Source: an uncultured Bacillales bacterium (lineage in GTDB: Bacteria > Bacillota_I > Bacilli_A > RF39 > UBA660). From it: a stretch of DNA of 64,000 nt. The position numbers and the translations under genes were made by a program. The notes beneath the pieces are model-generated. The model ran no database searches, had not been told where the DNA came from, and was given only the letters and a program-made list of their open reading frames with translations. The DNA is taken from contig CANOYR010000001.1 of NCBI GenBank assembly GCA_947571655.1, positions 29,122-93,121 of the forward strand, given 5' to 3'. Below, piece by piece: positions 32,738-42,770 of the stretch. The stretch's first letter is position 1, and every line of letters begins with the position of its first letter.

Positions 32738-33859
32738 CTACATCATATCCTTAAACAACCCATAAATATATTTTTCAATATCAAAAGGCTGCAAATCTTC
32801 CTTTCTTTCCCCAAGACCAATATATTTAACAGGAAGATTTACTTCTTCCTTAATAGCAAGTACAATTCCTCCTTTTGCAGTTCCATCTAATTTCGTTAGC
32901 ACAATTCCTGTAATATTCGTAATTTCCTTAAACTTTTTTGCTTGACTAATTCCATTTTGTCCAGTGGTCGCATCAATGATTAATAAAGTTTCATGAGGAG
33001 CATCTTCTATCTCACGACCGATTACTCGATTGATTTTTTCCAACTCATTCATCAAATTTGTACGATTCTGAAGTCGACCTGCTGTATCGATTAACACAAT
33101 ATCATACTTTTCATCTTTTGCCTTTTTTAATCCATCAAATACAACCGATGCAGGATCACTTCCCTCTTCTTTTCCGAGAAATCCGACGCCTACCTTTTTA
33201 CTCCACTCCTCTAATTGTTTAGTAGCTCCAGCACGAAAAGTATCACCAGCAACAAGAAGAACTTTTTTTCCTTCCCCTTGAAGCTTCCATGCAAGTTTTC
33301 CAATCGTTGTCGTCTTACCAACTCCATTTACGCCAACAAATAAAAGTACCGTAGGTCCAGTTTCTGCATATTGAATTTTATTTGTTAAAATTGTATCATC
33401 GACATAAATAATAAATAATTCATCGACAATGATTTCTTTTAAGTCCTCTGGATTTTCAATTTTTTCCTTTTTCACACGATCTCTTAATCGATCCATAAAT
33501 CCAATCACTGTATGAACTCCAATATCTGCCATAATCAAAATTTCTTCTAATTCATCAAAATATTCTTCAGTAATCTTCTGATAACGAGAAGTAAGTGCAA
33601 TTAAATTAGAAACAAAATTCTTTCTGGTCTTACTAAGTCCCTTTTCATAGATTCTTACATCTTGATTGCAATCATTTGTAACGTCCAAATGAGAATCTTT
33701 TTCAAAAGACTGCTTGTTTTCTAAGGAAAAATCGACTTTTTTCTTAGATTCTTCTTCATTTTTTTCTTCTGAAATCTGAATCGATTTCTCAAAATCATTC
33801 TCTTCTTCCCCTACTGGCGAAGATTGAAACATCTCCTTAATTTTACGAAATAGTCCCAT
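32738..33859 (-). CDS. ftsY: SRP receptor FtsY
   Basis: GVNGVGKTTT, DTFRAGA, DTAGRLQN, DATTGQNG, TKLDGTAKGG. Confidence 0.98.
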   Translation of the reverse strand: MGLFRKIKEMFQSSPVGEEENDFEKSIQISEEKNEEESKKKVDFSLENKQSFEKDSHLDVTNDCNQDVRIYEKGLSKTRKNFVSNLIALTSRYQKITEEYFDELEEILIMADIGVHTVIGFMDRLRDRVKKEKIENPEDLKEIIVDELFIIYVDDTILTNKIQYAETGPTVLLFVGVNGVGKTTTIGKLAWKLQGEGKKVLLVAGDTFRAGATKQLEEWSKKVGVGFLGKEEGSDPASVVFDGLKKAKDEKYDIVLIDTAGRLQNRTNLMNELEKINRVIGREIEDAPHETLLIIDATTGQNGISQAKKFKEITNITGIVLTKLDGTAKGGIVLAIKEEVNLPVKYIGLGERKEDLQPFDIEKYIYGLFKDMM

Positions 33860-33966
33860 AAGTCCTCCTGTACGATATCATCTACTTATAACATTATAGC
33901 AAAAGAAGAAAAGAATTTCTACTAATAAGAGAAAGAAAATAGATTTTATAAAAAGAAAAAAGAACC

Positions 33967-36900
33967 CTATACAATTAAGGTTCCTTTTACTACATTAGAA
34001 TTTTCTGACTTTGTCGTTAAAAGCTGATCGACTAAAGAAGAAGTTGACTCTACATAATTAATGGTAATTCCACTTCCCTCTTCAATTGCTGCTGAAGTAA
34101 ACATTTCAGTATAAGTTGGAATTACTGTATTTCTAATATTTAGCGTTGTAACAATTCTTCTACAGTCTGCAAACATCTGACTTGTATCTGTAATCTTAGT
34201 AAAATCAAAGCCTGATAAGTCGATATTCACTAATTCATAACACTCCTGAAACATTCGCCGCATACTCGTTACCATCGAAGTATCAAAATTACTCACATCT
34301 AATGTTTCTAATACTCTACACTTTCCAAACATTCGACCCATATTAGATACTTTAGAAGTATTAAAACTACTCACATTTAATGTTTTTAAGGCAATACATT
34401 CATCAAACATTCCTTCCATATTGGTAACATTTGAGGTATCAAAACTTGAAAGATCTAAACTTTCTAACTTCCAACACATGTTAAACATCCAGTCTGTTTT
34501 TACTAAAGAAGAAGTATTCCAATCATCAAGAATTAAACTTGTTAATCCAGTAGAACCACTAAACATATTCTGCATATTACTTACCTTCGAAACATTAAAA
34601 TGCCTTAAATCTAGAGAAGAAAATGCTCGACATTCAAAAAACATAAAAATCATATTCGTAACATTTTCTGTATTAAAAGAATGGCTATCTAAATCATTAA
34701 GATTACTACAATTTTGAAACATCCGCGCCATCGTTGTTACATTTGAGGTATCAAAATTACTTAAATCTAAACTCTCTAGAGAACTACATCCTTGAAACAT
34801 AGAAGCCATAGTAGTTACTTTTGCGGTATTAAAATTACTTAAATTAAGTACTTGTACCTTCCCACACATTGAAAACATAGAAGACATATCTTTAACATTA
34901 TTTGTTTTGAATTTTGTAATATCAAAATTAATTTCTGTCAAACTCCAACATTCTAAAAATAAATTTTTCATATTCGTTACTTTTCCAGTTTCAAAGCTAT
35001 GGATATCCAAAGATACCAGTTTTCTACAATTATAAAACATAGAATTTAAATCAATCACATTAGTTGTATTAAAACTAGAAAGATCTAAACTAATGAGTTC
35101 ATAACAACCATTGAACATAGAACCCATATTGGTAACTTTAGTAGTATCAAAATTGTGCACATCAAGATTTTCTAGTTTAAAACATTGGTTAAACATAGAA
35201 TTCATATTAGTTACATTAGAGGTATCAAGGTGACTAAGATTCAAATTAATTAAACTTTGACAATTTTGGAACATGCAATCCATTGTAGTAACCCTAGAAG
35301 TATCAAAATTAGAAATATCTAATACTTGTAAATTTATACAGTGCTCAAACATCCTCTGCATATCTGTAACATTAGAGGTGACAAAGCCCGAAAGATCAAG
35401 TGTTAATAGATTATCACAATTTCTAAACATTTGCTGCATATTTGTTACATTCCTGACATCAAAACCACTAACAAGCAAATTTTTTAAACTTTGACACTCA
35501 AAAAACATATAACTCATATCTGTAACATTAGATGTCTTAAAATGACTTAAATCTAAACTTTCTAACAACTTACATTGATAAAACATATACATCATATTGG
35601 TAACACTTGAAGTATCAAAGCTACTTAAATCTAGCGTAGTTAACTCATTACAATTATTAAACATATAGGCCATATTGGTAACCTTAGAAGTATCAAAATT
35701 GTTTAAATTAAAATTAGTAATTACCTTGCACTCTTGAAACATATAGCTCATATCCGTAACATTAGATGTGTCAAAATGACTTAAATCTAAACTTTCTAAT
35801 AACTTACATTGATAAAACATATAGCTCATATTGGTAACATTCGAAGTATCAAAGCTACTAATATCTAAACTCTCTAATGCACTACACTCCCTGAACATCC
35901 ATCTCATATTCGTTACTTTACTAGTATCCAACCCACTTAAGTTCAAATCCGTTAAACTCGTATTTCTTAAAAACATAAAAGTCATAATTTCTACATTCGA
36001 AGTATCAAAACTACTAATATCTAAACTTTTTAACTTCGGACATTTCGCAAACATTCCATCCATATTCGTAGCATTCGAAGTATCAAAATATTCAAGTCCT
36101 TCAATCGACTCTAAGACTGAAAAACTATCAAAGAGGTTTGCACTATTTTCATTTGCGATAACGCCTCCCTCTCCCTGGATATAAATCGTGTAAGTATTTG
36201 AACTTCCTACATTCGGTACGATTCTAGCAATCACACTTCCATTTCCTTCTTGAGAAATATCATAACTTGCCTTCTGATTATTTATATTTTGAATTTCATT
36301 TTGAAATACAATTCTAGTAGCAGAACTTTTATATTTCCAAATCTTGTCATTACCAGCATACTCAACCGATTGGATAATTGGTGGATACACAGTAAAAATT
36401 TCTCCATCCATACTCTTTCCAATCGAAAGTTTACTCCATTCTGCCCGAAGAATCACATCCTCTTCTGGCATCATAAAGTAATCATCATTCATCTGCCAGG
36501 CTTTTTCACTAACCACTTTCCATCCTGCAAACTGATACCCATCACAAACGAGCCTTCTACTATCAATTTCTATCGTATCATAAACAAGTGCACTAAAACT
36601 TGCTGGAATATCACTTAAATTACATCCTGTCGGAGGATTTGCATCATAACTGACATTATAATGACTTAATAATACTGGACTTTCCAAACTTTCAATCGTT
36701 TCTTCTGTTCCTTCGATTCTGTAAGAAAGATTCTCTTTTTGATTGGTAGCATAGTATCCCTTTTTGATATTATTCTTATCCTTTACTTCTACATCAATCG
36801 TCAGTGTTTCATGAGCACCAGATTGTATTTTGGATAAATCCCAAGAAACAATCTCCCCTTCTATCTTCACATCTCCACTAGATGCCTTTATATCTGATAC

Positions 36901-37773
36901 ATCTTCTACTTCAAAATACTCTGTATTGATAAAATCTGTAACGACTAACTCTTCATAGGCAATTGGATTCATCATCAAACGAAGCAATTCATCTCGAATT
37001 GTATCTTTATCTACAGGAAACTGTTCATCACTAATTTCATGAAATCGATTAAAAAATTCTCCATTTGAATCAGAAGCTTCAGAGCTCCAAAGATAAGGAA
37101 TCCCCCGAATTGTCAAATAAGGATATCTACTCTTTAAATAATGATATTCTCCAACCTGATTAGGATGATCACCAATAGGAACTCCTCCTGCGATAAAATA
37201 AACAATACAATCTTTACCTTCTACTGGCTGGTATTCCTTTAATACTTCATCTACCTTTAATAATCCTTGGTAATAACTTCTACCAATATTTTGAAAAACA
37301 ATAGAATCAATTAACAAAGAAAATTCTTCCGAATCATTAGTAAAATCAGTTAGAATATTTCCCTCTTCACCAAAGGTAATTAGCGACAACCTGTTTTCTG
37401 GATTACTAAGTAATGCGCTTGATAATTCTTTTAAACTTTGTTTTAATACTTGTCCCCATTCTCCAGCCATAAAACGAGAAGCATCTAATACAAAAATCAA
37501 GTCCGTATTTCGACTATTCACATCCATAATCGTATCTAAATCAAAAGTAATTCTAGCACTTCCTTTTTCAGTCCACTCTGCACTTTTCGTAATACCAATA
37601 CTTCCTGGAGCTTTTTCCTCATAACTTAATGCCTTTGAAGAAAAGAAAACACTTTGTACTGGCTCTGTAAAGGCATAAGAATTTAAGAATAGTCCTACAG
37701 AAACTAATAAAAAAGACAGTACAATCAAAGGCAAAATGAACAATCTACTTTGTATATTTCTTTTCTTCTTCAT
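33967..37773 (-). CDS. Large surface protein: signal peptide, VWA domain, InlB B-repeat-like domain, ~25 BspA/DUF285-type LRRs
   Basis: DLIFVLDAS VWA start, GYQFAGW...MPEEDVILRAEW, tandem 26-aa NMxxMFxxCxxLxxLDLSxFDTSxVT repeats. Confidence 0.9.
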   Translation of the reverse strand: MKKKRNIQSRLFILPLIVLSFLLVSVGLFLNSYAFTEPVQSVFFSSKALSYEEKAPGSIGITKSAEWTEKGSARITFDLDTIMDVNSRNTDLIFVLDASRFMAGEWGQVLKQSLKELSSALLSNPENRLSLITFGEEGNILTDFTNDSEEFSLLIDSIVFQNIGRSYYQGLLKVDEVLKEYQPVEGKDCIVYFIAGGVPIGDHPNQVGEYHYLKSRYPYLTIRGIPYLWSSEASDSNGEFFNRFHEISDEQFPVDKDTIRDELLRLMMNPIAYEELVVTDFINTEYFEVEDVSDIKASSGDVKIEGEIVSWDLSKIQSGAHETLTIDVEVKDKNNIKKGYYATNQKENLSYRIEGTEETIESLESPVLLSHYNVSYDANPPTGCNLSDIPASFSALVYDTIEIDSRRLVCDGYQFAGWKVVSEKAWQMNDDYFMMPEEDVILRAEWSKLSIGKSMDGEIFTVYPPIIQSVEYAGNDKIWKYKSSATRIVFQNEIQNINNQKASYDISQEGNGSVIARIVPNVGSSNTYTIYIQGEGGVIANENSANLFDSFSVLESIEGLEYFDTSNATNMDGMFAKCPKLKSLDISSFDTSNVEIMTFMFLRNTSLTDLNLSGLDTSKVTNMRWMFRECSALESLDISSFDTSNVTNMSYMFYQCKLLESLDLSHFDTSNVTDMSYMFQECKVITNFNLNNFDTSKVTNMAYMFNNCNELTTLDLSSFDTSSVTNMMYMFYQCKLLESLDLSHFKTSNVTDMSYMFFECQSLKNLLVSGFDVRNVTNMQQMFRNCDNLLTLDLSGFVTSNVTDMQRMFEHCINLQVLDISNFDTSRVTTMDCMFQNCQSLINLNLSHLDTSNVTNMNSMFNQCFKLENLDVHNFDTTKVTNMGSMFNGCYELISLDLSSFNTTNVIDLNSMFYNCRKLVSLDIHSFETGKVTNMKNLFLECWSLTEINFDITKFKTNNVKDMSSMFSMCGKVQVLNLSNFNTAKVTTMASMFQGCSSLESLDLSNFDTSNVTTMARMFQNCSNLNDLDSHSFNTENVTNMIFMFFECRAFSSLDLRHFNVSKVSNMQNMFSGSTGLTSLILDDWNTSSLVKTDWMFNMCWKLESLDLSSFDTSNVTNMEGMFDECIALKTLNVSSFNTSKVSNMGRMFGKCRVLETLDVSNFDTSMVTSMRRMFQECYELVNIDLSGFDFTKITDTSQMFADCRRIVTTLNIRNTVIPTYTEMFTSAAIEEGSGITINYVESTSSLVDQLLTTKSENSNVVKGTLIV

Positions 37774-37892
37774 ATAAAATCCTCCTATTTTACTTATAAA
37801 CTAAGTATATCATCCAATTTCACATTTGAAAAGTCCTAAATTTTTAAGAAAAAAAAGAAACATCAAACAATGTTTCCCTTCGATAAAGTTTC

Positions 37893-38951
37893 CTATTTTT
37901 TCGTTTTAGTTTTTTCCATTTTACAAGGAACAAAAGATTCGTTTTTTTCTAATAATTGATTAGATTTCAATTCTAATTGAACAGCTTCATCTATCAAAAC
38001 ACGTCTAAGATTTGCCATTCGTAAACTATATTCTCTAGGACGAATATGATTCTTTAAAAGTGCCTGATTCAAACTATCACGGAACAAAGTATTAATTTCA
38101 TTTCTCAAGTTAGTAATAACTTCTTCAGAAACCTCGCGATATTCAGAATCATATTTTCCTTTCATATCATCATAGGCTGCAACATAATCTAACTTCTGTT
38201 GTAAATGTTCCCAATAAGAAGAAGAACCTGTTAATTGTTCAAAACCATTACTAACAAGATAAAAATCAAAAATATTTCTATCATCTTCATCTTTCTTAAA
38301 TAGATCTTTTCTCGTAAATCCTAAAACCTTACATATCTTTTGACACATCACACGATTTTTTAAAAACTTTAAAAAAACTTCATTTCTAGTTTCAGAAACT
38401 TCTATATTTTCACAACAAGAAACCTCTTCTTCCTCAACTTCTACATTTTGAAGATTCTTCATACGTTTTTGATAAACTTCTGAATCAATTCTTTTCATAT
38501 GAAATGAAAAATTCAAAGCCTCATAAAATTGAAAATCAATCTGCTCTTTTATACTAGAAACAAATCTCTCTGAATAATCATCAAACTCATAATCTTTCAT
38601 TTCTTTTCCTTCATCATAGGTAGCAACATAATCTAGCTTTTTTTGTAAATTATCCCAATAGGAAGAAAAACTAGTTAATTCTTTAAAACCATCCCTAAGA
38701 AGACCTACATTAAAAATACAAGAATCATCTTTATTTTTTTCTAGTAACTCTTCTTCAGTAATATCTAAAATACTACATATTTTTTTTACTGCCACTGGAT
38801 CTTTTAAAAATCTTCCCCAAATTCTTCCTGCCAAACGAACTTTATCAGGACTTATCTCACTTTGAATATAAACAGGACAATTCCCTAGTTTATATTTTTT
38901 ATTAGCCGTAACTAAATCGGCACAAATAGAAAGTTCCTTAATTTTTTCCAT
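37893..38951 (-). CDS. Hypothetical protein with two ~123-aa internal repeats
   Basis: Start MEKIKEL at 38951 after GGGGAG; duplicated FLK...KIC..L...GF..LT..SSYW..LQ.KLDYVA.YD...RM.NL. Confidence 0.75.
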   Translation of the reverse strand: MEKIKELSICADLVTANKKYKLGNCPVYIQSEISPDKVRLAGRIWGRFLKDPVAVKKICSILDITEEELLEKNKDDSCIFNVGLLRDGFKELTSFSSYWDNLQKKLDYVATYDEGKEMKDYEFDDYSERFVSSIKEQIDFQFYEALNFSFHMKRIDSEVYQKRMKNLQNVEVEEEEVSCCENIEVSETRNEVFLKFLKNRVMCQKICKVLGFTRKDLFKKDEDDRNIFDFYLVSNGFEQLTGSSSYWEHLQQKLDYVAAYDDMKGKYDSEYREVSEEVITNLRNEINTLFRDSLNQALLKNHIRPREYSLRMANLRRVLIDEAVQLELKSNQLLEKNESFVPCKMEKTKTKK

Positions 38952-39116
38952 AAATTCTCCCCCTTTTTCATGTCGCATATTATAACACATTCCTTCTAAA
39001 ATGTAAAGAAAAAATTAAAATAATCGGAAAGATAGACAAATGAATCTTTTTTTAGTATAATTTTATCGGTTAGTTCTTTTATATCAAAAATTAACTTAAA
39101 AGAAAGGAGTACTATA

Positions 39117-40808
39117 GTGAAAGTAAATAAACCAAGTGAAACAAAAATCATTGTTTTAGGAGGTTTGGGCGAAGTTGGAAAAAATATGTATTGTTTAATG
39201 CATAAAGAAGAAATTGTTATTATCGATGCAGGAATTCGATTTCCAGAAGGGGATTTATTAGGAATTGATTATGTTCTACCAGATTACACCTTTCTAAAGG
39301 AAAATCAAGAGAAAATAAAATGTTTAATTATCACACATGGACATGAAGACCACATTGGAGGAATTCCATTTCTATTACAATCTGTAAACATTCCCACTAT
39401 TTATGCCCCAAATCAAGCAAAAGAATTAATTGCGATCAAATTAGAAGATCGCAATATTAGATATGATTATTTATATGCATATGATGATTCAACAAAAATT
39501 AAATTAAAAAACTTTGAAATTGAATTCTTTAAAACTACACATTCCATTCCTGATTCTCATGGAGTATATTTAAAAACACCAAATGGAAGTGTCGTTACAA
39601 CAGGAGATTTTAAATTTGATTTAACTCCTATTGGTCCAATGGCAGATTTACATAAAATGGCAGAACTAGGAAAGCGAGGAGTTGATTTATTAATTAGTGA
39701 TTCAACAAACGCACTCAATGAAGGAATGTCAATTAGTGAATCAAAAGTAGATGATACCCTAATGGATATCTTTAGCCAATATCAAAATAGAAGAATTATC
39801 ATCGCAACATTCGCCTCAAACATTTATCGTCTAAAACATATTGTAGAAACCTGTTATAAACATAATAGAAAAATTTGTGTTTTTGGAAGAAGTATGGAAA
39901 ACAACATTCAAATTTCAATCAATGGAGGATATATCGATCATAAAGAACTATTTATTACTCCAGAAACTGCCAATACTTTAAAGCCAGGAGAAGTTACTGT
40001 ACTGTGTACAGGCTCTCAAGGAGAACCACTTGCAGCTTTATCAAGAATCGCAGAAGGAACACATAAACAAGTATCTTTAAGACCCGATGACATCGTCATC
40101 TTCTCTTCTTCCCCAATTCCAGGAAATGCAGTTGCCATTTCCAAAACCATCAACAAATTATATTTAAAAGGAGTTCAAGTATTCACCAATAGTAATTCTG
40201 ATGGAGACTTACATACTTCTGGGCATGCGAATGAAGAAGAACTAAAACTAATGATTCGTTTGTTTATGCCAAAATATGTAATGCCTTTTCATGGAGATTA
40301 CAGAATGTTAAAACATCATGCCAATATCGCAATTGATTGTGGAATTCCAAAAGAAAACACATTTGTATTAGAAAACGGAGATATCTTATCGTTAAGAAAT
40401 CATGAAATCAAAAAAACAAAAGAAAGAGTTTCCGGAGAAGATATCTACGTAGATGGAAATCGAATCGGAGAAGTAGGAAGTGTGGTAATTAGAGATCGAA
40501 AAATGATGTCAAATGATGGAATCTTAGTAGTCATTGCCAATATAGACATGGAAAAAAGAAAACTACTAATTAAGCCAAACATTACAACACGTGGATTTAT
40601 CCTAGTCAACGAAAATGAAGAACTAATTAAAAAGATTGAAACCATATGTGAAAGTATTTTAACAGAACGATTAAAAAGCAGTAAAGATAATATAAATGAA
40701 TTAAAAAGTAAACTGATTAATGAACTAATTATTCATACAGAAGAACTAACAGGAAGAAGACCAATCATTTTACCAGTAATTATCGATATTAAACAACCTG
40801 AAAAATAG
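39117..40808 (+). CDS. rnj: Ribonuclease J
   Basis: GGLGEVGKNM, THGHEDHIGG, HSIPD, TGSQGEP, HTSGHA. Confidence 0.97.
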   Translation: MKVNKPSETKIIVLGGLGEVGKNMYCLMHKEEIVIIDAGIRFPEGDLLGIDYVLPDYTFLKENQEKIKCLIITHGHEDHIGGIPFLLQSVNIPTIYAPNQAKELIAIKLEDRNIRYDYLYAYDDSTKIKLKNFEIEFFKTTHSIPDSHGVYLKTPNGSVVTTGDFKFDLTPIGPMADLHKMAELGKRGVDLLISDSTNALNEGMSISESKVDDTLMDIFSQYQNRRIIIATFASNIYRLKHIVETCYKHNRKICVFGRSMENNIQISINGGYIDHKELFITPETANTLKPGEVTVLCTGSQGEPLAALSRIAEGTHKQVSLRPDDIVIFSSSPIPGNAVAISKTINKLYLKGVQVFTNSNSDGDLHTSGHANEEELKLMIRLFMPKYVMPFHGDYRMLKHHANIAIDCGIPKENTFVLENGDILSLRNHEIKKTKERVSGEDIYVDGNRIGEVGSVVIRDRKMMSNDGILVVIANIDMEKRKLLIKPNITTRGFILVNENEELIKKIETICESILTERLKSSKDNINELKSKLINELIIHTEELTGRRPIILPVIIDIKQPEK

Positions 40809-40835
40809 AAAACAAAAAAAGTTTTCTATTTTTTT
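40801..40835. terminator. Bidirectional terminator
   Basis: AAAAATAGAAAAC...GTTTTCTATTTTT inverted repeat. Confidence 0.6.
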
Positions 40836-40855
40836 ACTTTAAAAAGGAAAAGGTA

Positions 40856-41770
40856 TCAAAAAGATTCACTTTTCATTTCTACTTCTAATGAGGAAGAAGG
40901 AATTCTTTTTTCACTACTCCACTCAGACCATTCCCCATAAACCTCTTTCTGACATGATTCATGACAAATCTTACAACACCAAGAGAAATCCTTTAAAAAT
41001 TGATCTTGAGGGCATGTAGGACCCACCAATTCACTACATTGACAAGAATATTCACAGGTAGAATCTATAAAACTGATTTCTCGAAATCGATATTGATAGT
41101 TCCTTACTTGCTCTTCTACAACAATTTTTCGAACCTTCGTAATATCATTTCCAATTTGATCAGACACATAATAAGAAATCAAATACTCTCCAGGAGTCGT
41201 TAAATCTAATTTAGAACAGTCCACATGATAATCAACAATTCCAGAACCAGAATCAAAAACAGAAACATTCTCCTTAGCATCAAACTCTTCATTCACAGAT
41301 ACATAAAAAGGACTAATAAAATAAAGTTCTGGCAAATCATTATCAATATTAGAAATACGTACATTCACCTTTTTACTAACTTTCCCTTTAGAATTACGTA
41401 CTTGAATTACCAATTCTTGATTCTCAAAAACTTCCAATTGGTTGCTCTCTTGCCAAGTTTTTCCATCATCAAAAGAAAATTCTGTGATATCACCTCTACT
41501 TTGATCAACAGTAACTATAACAGAATTCTTAGTCCATTCAGTAGAAGATAACGTTACCTTAGGAATTTCCAAGCGATTTTGATTCAAAAAATGAACAACC
41601 AAAAGGACCGTTAAAACAATAATCACAAAAAGGAAAAAACACAAAAAAGAGAAAAACCAAAACTTACGCTGATTGGTAGAGCCATGAGAATTAAAATCAT
41701 GATTTAATGGTCTCCCATACTGATCAATAGGACCAGTAGACGGTTTCTTTTTACCAAACACAATCATCAC
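40856..41770 (-). CDS. Membrane-anchored protein with Ig-like domains and 8-Cys/WSEWS C-terminal module
   Basis: TM; EWTKNSVIVTV...FSFDDGKTWQ; PGEYLISYYVSDQIGN; YRFR...CC...GEWSEWS...EVE. Confidence 0.75.
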   Translation of the reverse strand: MMIVFGKKKPSTGPIDQYGRPLNHDFNSHGSTNQRKFWFFSFLCFFLFVIIVLTVLLVVHFLNQNRLEIPKVTLSSTEWTKNSVIVTVDQSRGDITEFSFDDGKTWQESNQLEVFENQELVIQVRNSKGKVSKKVNVRISNIDNDLPELYFISPFYVSVNEEFDAKENVSVFDSGSGIVDYHVDCSKLDLTTPGEYLISYYVSDQIGNDITKVRKIVVEEQVRNYQYRFREISFIDSTCEYSCQCSELVGPTCPQDQFLKDFSWCCKICHESCQKEVYGEWSEWSSEKRIPSSSLEVEMKSESF

Positions 41771-42646
41771 CTAATCTTCTTTAATCATCGTTTCTACTTC
41801 CCTTGTTGAAGTAGCATGAACCTCTTCTTGAGACCACTCACTCCATTCTCCCCAAATCGTACGAGAACAACTCTTATAACAAGTATTACAGCATTCACCA
41901 TTTTCATTCAATGTGTATCCAGTAGGACAAGTCCCAGTCGATGCTGCAGCAGAAGAAGCCACACAATTACATAAATAAGGGGAACATTGATAAGATTCTA
42001 CTTTTCCATCACGGTATCGATAATAAGTTCTTCCAACAATATCCTTCACAAGAATAGTTCTTGTCTTTTCAATAAAATTACCAGCTCTGTCAAAGGCAGA
42101 ATAAACGATTGTGTATTCTCCCTCTTTAGAAGTATCAATCGTATCTGGAACTGCCGTATAACCATTACTAAGACCAGATTCCTGATCACTAACTTGAACT
42201 CCAGTTCTTACAGAAAAGGGACTTCCCATTTGAACTGTAGTAGTTCTTTCAAACGTCATCTCTGGAACTGTACGATCAATATTATGAACATCAACGACTG
42301 TTTTCTCGCTTAATTTATTTTTAATATCCATAATTTGAATGGTAACTTCCCCATTCTCACTCATAGTATAAGTACTATTAGATTGCCAAGTAAGACCACC
42401 ATCAAACGAATAAGATAAAACCTTACTACTATCATTGGTAACCGTAACAACAACATCACTCGTTGTCCACTCCTCTGTAGATAACTGATACGTTGGAAAA
42501 TTAATGAGTGGCTGACTATCCATATACAAATACAGAAAAACAGATAAAATAATAATAAAGAATACACTAATTCCAATAATTAAAATCAAAACGTTTTTCT
42601 GTTTCTTTTTAGAAACTTTTTGTAAAACTTGTTCCTCACTATACAT
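41771..42646 (-). CDS. Tandem paralogue: membrane-anchored Ig-like protein with 8-Cys/WGEWSEWS module
   Basis: TM; EWTTSDVVVTV...YSFDGGLTWQ; EGEYTIVYSAFDRAGN; YRYR...CC...WGEWSEWS...EVET. Confidence 0.75.
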   Translation of the reverse strand: MYSEEQVLQKVSKKKQKNVLILIIGISVFFIIILSVFLYLYMDSQPLINFPTYQLSTEEWTTSDVVVTVTNDSSKVLSYSFDGGLTWQSNSTYTMSENGEVTIQIMDIKNKLSEKTVVDVHNIDRTVPEMTFERTTTVQMGSPFSVRTGVQVSDQESGLSNGYTAVPDTIDTSKEGEYTIVYSAFDRAGNFIEKTRTILVKDIVGRTYYRYRDGKVESYQCSPYLCNCVASSAAASTGTCPTGYTLNENGECCNTCYKSCSRTIWGEWSEWSQEEVHATSTREVETMIKED

Positions 42647-42770
42647 AAAAATGCATCCTTTCTATTCTATAATTAAATATAACAAATTAAAAAAAAAGTT
42701 ACAAGAAAAATAAGTGCAATAATCATTACTCGATGGTAATTCATTATTACACTTTATCGTATTATAAAAT

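Noticed and set aside
34150-36100. 78-bp periodic repeats as CRISPR array or DGR; antisense ORFs 34421..34717, 35273..35494, 35831..36184
   Set aside because: Repeats are the degenerate coding LRR units; no RT gene or non-coding template; antisense ORFs are shadows of the repeat frame
37864-37876. CAAACAATGTTTC resembling a LexA box
   Set aside because: Spacer one base short and located in a terminator-like segment after a gene end
38952-38990. MCYNMRHEKGGEF N-terminal extension
   Set aside because: It is the translated extended -10 (TGTTATAAT) and RBS; real start is 38951
42715-42770. Imperfect hairpin downstream of rny (ATTAC-tcgatg-GTAAT and flanks)
   Set aside because: Weak, AT-rich, no recognisable RNA family; probably a terminator-like element
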